From the NCBI GenBank assembly GCA_964016885.1, contig OZ024740.1, positions 238,948,001-239,012,000 of the forward strand: a stretch of DNA of 64,000 bases, written 5' to 3'. The translations under genes and the position numbers were made by a program. The notes below the pieces were generated by a model. That model did no database searches. It was not told the DNA's origin and saw only the letters and a program-made list of their open reading frames with translations. The stretch comes from Eledone cirrhosa. Its lineage: Eukaryota. Shown here in pieces: positions 1-10,203 of this stretch (positions are counted from its first letter, which is position 1; each line of letters begins with the position of its first letter).

Positions 1-871
1 AGATATGACAGAAACCGGTTGGTCTTATGGCAGCTACCAGGTAGCGATAATCTACCCTATCACATGCTTTAGACAGGCCTAAATTGACCAGAGTTCCATT
101 CATGCCAGGATATAGTACCGACAATGAAATGGGGGTTTGTCGTGCAAAGATCTTCTGGGAATCGTACAGCAGCATTTTAATTCAGAACGTACAAGGCATT
201 TTTGTCCGACGCACTATCGATCCACCCTATCTATCACTATTTCCGTATCTGGTTATGAGAGATTGTTAGAAACTTTCACTTTATTATTCGAAAAATTTTA
301 AGTAACATGAAAACTCCAGACACATGTTGACTTAACAATCAAAGTAGGTTGGCGTGTCTGAATTAGCAAATATCCATTTATTTTTCTTTAATATCTAGTG
401 TAGATAGTATCGAGTCAAACTGCTAGAAATAGCTGCCACATAGCAGGATGAAAAGAAAAGTTGACCTCGACGGGATTTGAACTCAAGAAGTAGAGTCAGA
501 GCAATTACTGCTCACAATTTGCCCGACACTCTAACGACTCTCCCAATATACACCTCTCTGCGGTCTTTAAAAAAAAAAGAAGGGATACAAGAGATAATGT
601 AATCCTGAATTAAAAAAACAAAAAAAAAATGAGACGTGATGACCAAGACTGGAAAGCCTTTGATCATAGGTCTGCTTGGCTAGAGTTGACCCATGGTTAA
701 ACAACAAGAAGAGCTATTTATTATATCAATTCACAGCTGGCGCTGTCGTCAGTGTATATCTGATTATCACAGCGGTTTTTAATTAGGACATCTGACACGT
801 TAACAATATCTTTGAGTCGATAGACAAAATAACTGAATATGGATTGTTTATGTAGCTGCTCAGTTACGAGT

Positions 872-945
872 GCCCCAATAGCTCAGAGGTTTAGAGCACT
901 GGTCTCGTAAACCAGGGGTCGTGAGTTCGAATCTCACTTGGGGCA
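872..945 (+). tRNA. tRNA-Thr(CGT)
   Basis: Complete cloverleaf: acceptor GCCCCAA/TTGGGGC plus discriminator A, D-arm GCTC/GAGC, anticodon stem CTGGT/ACCAG with loop CT-CGT-AA (anticodon 906-908), T-arm GTGAG-TTCGAAT-CTCAC. Confidence 0.95.
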
Positions 946-960
946 TCGGCTATTAACGTA

Positions 961-976
961 TTTTTTTTTTTTTTTA
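961..976 (+). terminator. Pol III oligo-T terminator of tRNA-Thr
   Basis: T16 run about 15 nt downstream of the tRNA 3' end. Confidence 0.7.
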
Positions 977-1441
977 TTAAAAAAATATGTGGTGTGTTGA
1001 AGAAGTCTATGATATTCGAATAAATAATGATTCATTGATGAAATGAAATTTGATTTGTTAATTCTTTTTGTTGACTTAGTCATATCAAATAACCTAAAGC
1101 GAGAGACCAGTATTAACAACATTTTTCAGTCTTTCTTGACTGAGTTGTTGGAATTGGAAGTTAGTGTTGTTGGGAGAAGTGGAGCACGTAATTGGTTTTA
1201 AACAAATATAGGAAAAAATATTAGGCAATATTCCAAGGTGCACGGGATCATAGGAGTAATTATTCCCCGATGAGAACACAATAATATTTAGAAATATATC
1301 AGAATTGTCGAAAATGTTTATACACAGGTCTATAAAGAGTTCATTCTTTTTTCATAGCTAAGTTATCTAATTATAAAGTGGTAGTTATATCTACTTTAAT
1401 TTTGTCCTAAATTTTCAAATATACGGTGTGTTCTAGCATGA

Positions 1442-1446
<5 letters not shown>

Positions 1447-1485
<39 letters not shown>

Positions 1486-1499
1486 CACACACACACACA

Positions 1500-1590
<91 letters not shown>
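1447..1590. repeat. (AC)n/(AT)n microsatellite
   Basis: Directly visible dinucleotide arrays. Confidence 0.98.
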
Positions 1591-1591
<1 letters not shown>

Positions 1592-1749
1592 CATGGTAGA
1601 AATCCGTAGATGAATGATCAAGAAAAACAGTGCTCGATCCGTTAGAAGAGAGCTTATTTAGTATAAACAAAGTTTCATACACTTAACATGCATGTGCTAT
1701 CAATGGTTTTGGGGTCCAGTTATGGCCACCACTGTATAATGGAGGAGCC

Positions 1750-3360
1750 ACTTTTAAACCGTCGCTAAGAATTTTAAAATAGATAATAAACCAGAAAGAT
1801 TAACAAAGCATAATACCTTCATTACTCTGAAGGATCACAAAATGGACTTTACAAACGAGAACAGAATTGAGCCTCGCTACTAAGAAGATCTTCGACGAAA
1901 TAAACAAACGCATCACAAGCAGCACGAGCCTCTTACTCTAGAATAACACCACATCGGTTATATCTTGGTTCACACACATCCCATTAAAAGCCAGAGTTAA
2001 GTTTACCCAGTTCGATATAACCAATTTTTACCCTTCTATCACTAAACCGCTGCTAAATAACATCTTAGACTTCGCGCGTACCTTCGGAACGATCAGCAAC
2101 CAAGAACTCGACCTGATTTGCCACCCACAAAAGAGGCTTTTATTCAATAACGGCACCGCTTGGGTAAAGCATTCAACCCAGAAGATTTATTCGACGTCTC
2201 AACGGGATCATGCGACAGCGCAGATATATGTAATCTCGTTGGATTATATATCCTCCATATGCTTAAGCAGAAATTTCCCGACCACACATCTGTCTATACC
2301 GAGACGACAGTCTTTCTCTAACCCACCACCGCAACGGGCATGGCATGGATAAGTTCCATAAGGACCTGATAAATGCCTTTCGCAACCTAGGCCTTAAAAT
2401 CACAGTCGACACGAACATCACTAGCGCAAACTTTCTCAACGTCAACCTAGACCCATTAACAGGCACATATAAATCATATTACAAACCGAACGAGAGACTG
2501 AAATACATCAACAGAGCATTTTGCCACCCGCCCACGGTTTTTAAAAATCTAGTACCCAACATTAGCCGCAAGATCTCGAACTTATCATCAGAAATATTTG
2601 TAAAAGCAGCACCGTACTACAACAAGGCCTTTCGTGATAGTGGATTTAAAGAACAGATCAAATACATTCTTAATAACCACCCACTTAGAAACAACAATAG
2701 AAGAAAAAAACATCTGGTTCGCACCCCTCCTCACTAAATGTAAAATCTAATATAGGTAGGACAGTCTTAGACCTTATAGATAATCACTTTACACCTCAAA
2801 TACAGATACAGTAAGATCAAATACAGATACAGTAAGACCTTCAATCGACGTTCTGTGGGAATTTCCTATTCTTGCGCATCATCAATGAAATCGAAAATAA
2901 CTTCAAAGACCAAACCACGGGAACATCCAAGATGCTCTTGCAGGAAGGATGGTGACTGTCCATTACAACAAAACTGTAATGTCAAATCCATAATTTAGGA
3001 GGCAGAGATCAAGCACACAAAGGCCAACAAGCCAGAAAACCCCCAAAATATGTAGGTATGGTCCAACATTCTACCTGCACCTTTCCTCATTTAAACACGC
3101 CAGCATGAAAACCACCACAGCACTAGCAAAAAATTGTCTGACAGCTAAAAGAAAAGGGACATAACATGGAAAGCGATTGAAAACTCAACACCATATAAAA
3201 ACAGAAGCAAAACATGCTCACTCTGCCTGAGTGAGACATTCAGGATCTTAAAGGGTCTACACTCATCGGATGTGTACTTAAACTCCAAAACAGAAATCAT
3301 CAAGGCATGCTTTCATCAAAGAACCCAATTTTTATTTTATCACACATACACAGATTGGCG
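1750..3360 (+). mobile_element. Degenerate Penelope-like retroelement (RT plus C-terminal GIY-YIG endonuclease)
   Basis: Frameshifted motifs FITLKDHK, QFDITNFYPSI, FDVSTGSCDSADICNLVGLYIL, LYRDD, NFLNVNLD, then CSCx5CPLxxxC, YVG, CSLCLSE and NSKTEIIKACFH. Confidence 0.85.
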
Positions 3361-3505
3361 AATTGATGAACAAGACAACAAGATCTCAACATCACACTGC
3401 ATCCCATGGGTGTGTATGCATGTATGGCTACCCGTACCGTTGTGTCCAATGTTATACACGTACGAGCACACGTATGTGTGAATATGCATATACAGTATAT
3501 ATAAT

Positions 3506-3677
3506 TGTTTCTACTTTTGGCACAAGGCCATCAATTATCCAGTACATTACTGGTACTTTATTTTATCGACCATGTAAGGATGAAAGGCAAAGTTAACCTC
3601 GGCGGGATTTGAACTCAGATCGTAAAGGGACGTAACTATGCTAGAGAGCATGGCGTCCGACCTTCTACTGATACTGC
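3506..3677 (-). mobile_element. tRNA-headed SINE (family with GCCTTTCATCC...GGTCGATAAAATAAAGTACCAG core)
   Basis: B-box GAGTTCAAATCC on minus strand; 13-bp TSD CAGTATATATAAT (3493-3505 / 3678-3690); many copies in the window. Confidence 0.85.
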
Positions 3678-4488
3678 CAGTATATATAATATGTTTAAAT
3701 CTTAATTGTTCATCAACTCTGTTCGTAGTTGTCAGTGTGTCCGTTTTACATGTAACAACTTTCTACCTGAAAAACCAAGAGTTAACTCTCTTTTATCCAT
3801 GAAAATTTGATAAATTCCTATACAAACAGTTATGTCACAGGATTAGCTCCACTACATCGAATATAACTCTCTAATATTAGAAGTGAGATTCGGTCTAGAG
3901 ACATCAACTTCCTTTTTTCATATTTTCGACCACGTGCCAGAATGAAGGGCCAGTTTAAAAGCGCCTCCTCTATTATAGAGTGGTGCCCATAACTGGACCC
4001 CGAAACCATTGGTAGCACATATATGTTAAGTGTATGAAACTTTGAACTATATATATTTAACGAAAGGTATTATAGGAAATTGTTAAATGGATTAACACGG
4101 TTATTAGATGAAATAATAATAAGAAGAATAGGTGTAATAACGAGAATATAAAGAATAAATGATTTTAGTTTATATATGGTTTACTTCACGTGAATCAATT
4201 AAAAGGTACAATAAATAAGTTACCATAAATTACAAAGATTGACAATATTATTTTGTTGTTGATGTGAGGCTGTTGTAGTCTGTTGTTGTTGGTGTGAAAA
4301 CAGCGAGCGACAGATAATTGTTGTTGTTGTTGGAATTTGGAGTCCGTGGTAGTAGTTGTGAGACCGTAGTTAGTAAGAGAGAGATGTTTTGAGATATTTT
4401 GAGATAACACTTTCAGGGGTCAAAGCTGCTCCCAGTCAATCGTGACAGTTTCAGAATTCCTACCTAAGATGTAGTAGTCAACTGTCTC

Positions 4489-4489
<1 letters not shown>

Positions 4490-4519
<30 letters not shown>

Positions 4520-4573
4520 TGTATGTATGTATGTATGTATGTATGTATGTATGTATGTATGTATGTATGTATG
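4490..4573. repeat. (ATGT)n microsatellite abutting an R4/Dong-like 3' end
   Basis: Perfect tetranucleotide array; similar arrays at 5907-5975, 7309-7373, 9365-9460 and 22923-23050. Confidence 0.97.
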
Positions 4574-5906
4574 TTTTCTCTTTCTCTTAATTTTGAGTAT
4601 ATTTTTTTTGACCGGCTACCTTCCTGGTGGCAAGGTTGTAAAAGAAAAGAAATTGTCATCCCTTGAATCGCAAGAATGTTTTGCAAATTTTGAAGGTGCC
4701 AGCTATCGCAGCCATTTGTAGACTATGAATTAGGGAGCTGCGCTTTTTGTCCGCAAATCCAAGTTCAGTCATACTTTGGTCCAAGCGGGTTGGTATATAA
4801 CCCGTAGCACCAATAATGATGGGTATGAAGCTAAAGGTGTATCTTGGATACTGGATTTGTAAACTCCTCATCAATGGTCCGTAGATGTCCTCCTTCTCCT
4901 GTATTTTTCTGACAACGTTTACATCAAGTGGGCAGCTGATCTCCACAACAGAACACGTTTTCAATGTGTGGTCCCAAACTACAATATCAGGCCGGTTGTG
5001 CTTTAATTTGGTGGCAGTTTTTATTTTCAGGTTCCACCAGTATTCCTTAGTGCCATCTGTCTCAATATATTCTTCCTCGTTTGTTGTTAATTTTGTTTTC
5101 CGAAGTGCGTTCCAGATGGTTCTAGCTATCCCATCGTGTCTCATGGGGAGGTAGTAGCGAGATGACATTCTTTCGCAGCTGGCAACAATGTGGCTTACAT
5201 CCTCGATCTTTGTTTTACATAGCCTACATTTATTGTCAGCTGCTGGCCCTCCTCTTTTGTGCAGCAGATATTTGGTAGGGAGTTCTTGTTCCTGTATTGC
5301 ATAGAGATATCCCTCAAGGTGTGATGTCATAAACTTGTCGGAACTCCATGCCAGGCTTTTTGAGTGGTTTATCCCCTCTATGGTCTGTGTTTTACGCCTC
5401 AAGTATCCATGCACAACTTTTTCTGTAAATTGGTCAATTTTTTTTCTTGTTTGAACATTGAATAGGATCTTCCGATTTCTCTGGGTGAGAGATTTATATC
5501 AGACTTTATTCCATATCTCTCCTCCAGATCAGTCGCTATTCTAATGATATTTCTTTGTTCATGGTCATAAACCTGGGAAAGATGGTTGCCAACCTTTTTC
5601 CTCTGTTGAAGGTGTTGCTTCAGTGTTACTATCCGTGTCTCATATGTTGTTAATATTGATTTTAGACCCCGGCCACCTTCCTTGCGTGAGAAGTATAGCC
5701 TATCCACATCACCATTGATGTTAAAGTTCCCAGTAACACTGAGAAGTTTTCGAGTCTAACATCCATCTCACTTAGTTCTTGCAATGACCAGTTCAGTAGG
5801 CCAAATGTTGGCGTTAGAATTGGCACAGCATAAGTATTGTGGGCAATGTATTTGTTGTATGCTGACAGTTCTGATGACCATATTTTCTTTACTCTTCTGA
5901 GGTATT
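4574..5906 (-). mobile_element. R4/Dong-clade RLE non-LTR retrotransposon family A, 5'-truncated copy 1
   Basis: ORFs 4656-5414 and 5399-5707: DRLYxxRxxGGRGL, CCHC knuckle CRLC..SHIVASC, RHD, NRPDIVV..EISCP restriction-like endonuclease; 3' UTR hairpin; flanked by (TACA)n. Confidence 0.92.
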
Positions 5907-5975
5907 GTATGTATGTATGTATGTATGTATGTATGTATGTATGTATGTATGTATGTATGTATGTATGTATGTATG

Positions 5976-7308
5976 TTTTCTCTTTCTTTTAATTTTGAGT
6001 ATATTTTTTTGACCGGCCACCTTCCTGGTGGCAAGGTTGTAAAAGAAAAGAAATTGTCATCCCTTGAATCGCAAGAATGTTTTGCAAATTTTGAAGGTGC
6101 CAGCTATCGCAGCCATTTGTAGACCATGAATTAGGGAGCTGCGCTTTTTGTCCGCAAATCCAAGTTCAGTCATACTTTGGTCCAAGCGGGTTGGTATATA
6201 ACCCGTAGCACCAATAATGATGGGTATGAAGCTAAAGGTGTATCTTGGATACTGGATTTGTAAACTCCTCATCAATGGTCCGTAGATGTCCTCCTTCTCC
6301 TGTATTTTTCTGACAACGTTTACATCAAGTGGGCAGCTGATCTCCACAACAGAACACGTTTTCAATGTGTGGTCCCAAACCACAATATCAGGCCGGTTGT
6401 GCTTTAATTTGGTGGCAGTTTTTATTTTCAGGTTCCACCAGTATTCCTTAGTGCCATCTGTCTCAATATATTCTTCCTCGTTTGTTGTTAATTTTGTTTT
6501 CCGAAGTGCGTTCCAGATGGTTCTAGCTATCCCATCGTGTCTCATGCGGAGGTAGTAGCGAGATGACATTCTTTCGCAGCTGGCAACAATGTGGCTTACA
6601 TCCTCGATCTTTGTTTTACATAGCCTACATTTATTGTCAGCTGCTGGCCCTCCTCTTTTGTGCAGCAGATATTTGGTAGGGAGTTCTTGTTACTGTATTG
6701 CATAGAGATATCCCTCAAAGTGTGATGTCATAAACTTGTCGGAACTCCATGCCAGGCTTTTTGAGTGGTTTATCCCCTCTATGGTCTGTGTTTTACGCCT
6801 CAAGTATCCATGCACAACTTTTTCTGTAAATTGGTCAATTTTTTTATCTTGTTTGAACATTGAATAGGATCTTCCGATTTCTCTGGGTGAGAGATTTATA
6901 TCAGGCTTTATTCCATATCTCTCCTCCAGATCAGTCGCTATTCTAATGATATTTCTTTGTTCATGGTCATAAACCTGGGCAAGATGGTTGCCAACCTTTT
7001 TCCTCTGTTGAAGGTGTTGCTTCAGTGTTACTATCCGGGTCTCATATGTTGTTAATATTGATTTTAGACCCCGGCCACCTTCCTTGCGTGAGAAGTATAG
7101 CCTATCCACATCACCATTGATGTTAAAGTTCCCAGTAACACTGAGAAGTTTTCGAGTCTAACATCCATCTCACTTAGTTCTTGCAATGACCAGTTCAGTA
7201 GGCCAAATGTTGGCGTTAGAATTGGCACAGCATAAGTATTGTGGGCAATGTATTTGTTGTATGCTGACAGTTCTGATGACCATATTTTCTTTACTCTTCT
7301 GAGGTATT
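5976..7308 (-). mobile_element. R4/Dong-clade family A, 5'-truncated copy 2
   Basis: Near-identical to copy 1, same 5' breakpoint; ORFs 6057-6569 and 6690-7109. Confidence 0.92.
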
Positions 7309-7373
7309 GTATGTATGTATGTATGTATGTATGTATGTATGTATGTATGTATGTATGTATGTATGTATGTATG

Positions 7374-9364
7374 TTTTCTCTTTCTTTTAATTTTGAGTAT
7401 ATTTTTTTGACCGGCCACCTTCCTGGTGGCAAGGTTGTAAAAGAAAAGAAATTGTCATCCCTTGAATCGCAAGAATGTTTTGCAAATTTTGAAGGTGCCA
7501 GCTATCGCAGCCATTTGTAGACTATGAATTAGGGAGCTGCGCTTTTTGTCCGCAAATCCAAGTTCAGTCATACTTTGGTCCAAGCGGGTTGGTATATAAC
7601 CCGTAGCACCAATAATGATGGGTATGAAGCTAAAGGTGTATCTTGGATACTGGATTTGTAAACTCCTCATCAATGGTCCGTAGATGTCCTCCTTCTCCTG
7701 TATTTTTCTGACAACGTTTACATCAAGTGGGCAGCTGATCTCCACAACAGAACACGTTTTCAATGTGTGGTCCCAAACCACAATATCAGGCCGGTTGTGC
7801 TTTAATTTGGTGGCAGTTTTTATTTTCAGGTTCCACCAGTATTCCTTAGTGCCATCTGTCTCAATATATTCTTCCTCGTTTGTTGTTAATTTTGTTTTCC
7901 GAAGTGCGTTCCAGATGGTTCTAGCTATCCCATCGTGTCTCATGGGGAGGTAGTAGCGAGATGACATTCTTTCGCAGCTGGCAACAATGTGGCTTACATC
8001 CTCGATCTTTGTTTTACATAGCCTACATTTATTGTCAGCTGCTGGCCCTCCTCTTTTGTGTAGCAGATATTTGGTAGGGAGTTCTTGTTCCTGTATTGCA
8101 TAGAGATATCCCTCAAGGTGTGATGTCATAAACTTGTCGGAACTCCATGCCAGGCTTTTTGAGTGGTTTATCCCCTCTATGGTCTGTGTTTTACGCCTCA
8201 AGTATCCATGCACAACTTTTTCTGTAAATTGGTCAATTTTTTTTCTTGTTTGAACATTGAATAGGATCTTCCGATTTCTCTGGGTGAGAGATTTATATCA
8301 GGCTTTATTCCATATCTCTCCTCCAGATCAGTCGCTATTCTAATGATATTTCTTTGTTCATGGTCATAAACCTGGGCAAGATGGTTGCCAACCTTTTTCC
8401 TCTGTTGAAGGTGTTGCTTCAGTGTCACTATCCGGGTCTCATATGTTGTTAATATTGATTTTAGACCCCGGCCACCTTCCTTGCGTGAGAAGTATAGCCT
8501 ATCCACATCACCATTGATGTTAAAGTTCCCAGTAACACTGAGAAGTTTTCGAGTCTAACATCCATCTCACTTAGTTCTTGCAATGACCAGTTCAGTAGGC
8601 CAAATGTTGGCGTTAGAATTGGCACAGCATAAGTATTGTGGGCAATGTATTTGTTGTATGCTGACAGTTCTGATGACCATATTTTCTTTACTCTTCTCAG
8701 GTATTCAGTTCTGGTTCTCTCCTTATTTATGGGTCCATCATATCTGACATTCTCATCCTGTCCAAGATATCTGTAGTTGTCACCTGACTGCAGAGGTTGT
8801 ATTGTCAGGCCGTTCATCTCTAGATTTCTAGAGGAGGGCACAGCTCTTCCACGTTTTACTGCCAAATATGCACACTTGGACTCACCAAATTTCATTTTGA
8901 TGTCGGTTGAAAATTGTGTAATGAGGTCCAATTGTTTCTTGATGTCATTGATATTTGGCCCATACAACTTCAGGTCATCAACAAAGAAAAGATGGGAGAT
9001 ACTTCTGGTCCCACTTCTTTGTCCACCTTGTTTCCTGAGTAGGTAAGATAGTGGATTCAGTGAGAGAACGAAGAGTAGCACTGACAAGCTATCACCCTGA
9101 AAGATGCCCTTCTGGTAATGTATCTTATCAGTCTTAACCTGCTCCTTCTCACCTCTAAGGATCAAACTGGTGTACCAGTTCTTGGTCAGGCGTTCAACAG
9201 CAGCTACCAATGGTTGTGGGACTTTAGCTAACTGTAAAGCCTTAACAATCCACCCATGAGGTACACTATCAAATGCTTTTTGATAGTCCAGCCACACAAC
9301 AGTCATGTTTCTGCGATTCTTTGTTGTTTTTTCCTGAATCATTTTGTTAGTTAGTAGGTGATCT
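7374..9364 (-). mobile_element. R4/Dong-clade family A, longer copy 3 with part of RT
   Basis: ORF 8461-9342 has RT motifs WLDYQKAFDSVPH, GIFQGDSLS, HLFFVDDLKL, YRYLG; ORF 7455-8213 has CCHC and RLE. Confidence 0.95.
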
Positions 9365-9460
9365 ATGTATGTATGTATGTATGTATGTATGTATGTATGT
9401 ATGTATGTATGTATGTATGTATGTATGTATGTATGTATGTATGTATGTATGTATGTATGT

Positions 9461-10051
9461 CAGGTCACCAGTTGGTGCTACTGGTAACATGTATCCCAGT
9501 ACAACCTGTCTCATGGTCGGGTCGTTGGCGACTAAACTGGCAACCCCACCAAGGTTTCTTGGTGAGGAGGGTGACTTTGGACATCCTGCAGACTAAAAAC
9601 AAAACCTGTCAAAGGTCAAAGGAGCTCTTAAGAGTCAATGGCCATCCAAAATCACCGGGAGAGATGACCCCTTAGCCTTTGTCAAGGCAGAATTCTAGGA
9701 GAAGGAAAACTCTGATGTAACACCTGCAACCCTGATGGTATCCAATTATGTTGACTTGTTCTTCTTTTTGGTAAATATCATCTTGGTTAAGAGAGTGGGA
9801 CTGGCTTTGTGCAGTGCCTTTGCTCACTATAATAGCTTCACGGCACAGGCATTGCTTTATATCTGGAGATCTCTCTGCACTTGTCGTCACATGGTACCAT
9901 GGGCCCATCACTGTGTCAATAATTGTCACAAGTGCAGTGTTTGTACCAGAGTTTTCAAGTCGCTGGCTGGACTAAAAAGTCACACTCGTTCAGCGCATCG
10001 GTAGGGGTTCGCCTACATGGCCGTACTCGAAAACGAGTTGGCAGCCACCAT
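9461..10051 (+). mobile_element. Non-autonomous bipartite RTE-derived element (5' UTR plus 3' end)
   Basis: Shares 5' UTR blocks with 21139-21485 and 15110-15206; ends in C2H2 remnant HKCSVCTRVFKSLAGLKSHTRSAHR* (like the RTE C-terminus at 18320-18403), stem-loop CTCG-AAAA-CGAG..GCAGCCACCA and (TA)n tail. Confidence 0.75.
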
Positions 10052-10203
10052 ATATATATATAGGAGGTGAGTTTTATTGTAGCACAATAAAGCAATGCAA
10101 ATATCGGATAAGTAGCACTCAACAGTTTATTGGACTGGAGTATATATAAGAAGAAATTAATTAATAATTAATTAATTAATTAATTAATTAATTAATTAAT
10201 TAA

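Noticed and set aside
1260-1312. Possible hammerhead (CCGATGA...GAAATATATC) upstream of the first PLE
   Set aside because: Core has a U4C change and stem II pairs poorly; at best a decayed relic.
1396-1682. ORFs of CVCV, MYVC, HTYI or poly-I/N/Y type here and at 4420-4721, 9358-9675, 20773-21212 and 22764-23173
   Set aside because: Translations of microsatellites, not genes.
4574-9460. CRISPR-like or LTR interpretation of the regular repeats
   Set aside because: Units are non-LTR retrotransposon 3' ends separated by microsatellites; no unique spacers, cas genes, PBS or TG..CA ends.
9461-9600. Twister or HDV-like ribozyme at the 5' end of the RTE mini-element
   Set aside because: GAGGAGGG and hairpins are present, but the conserved twister loop and HDV double-pseudoknot pairings could not be built.
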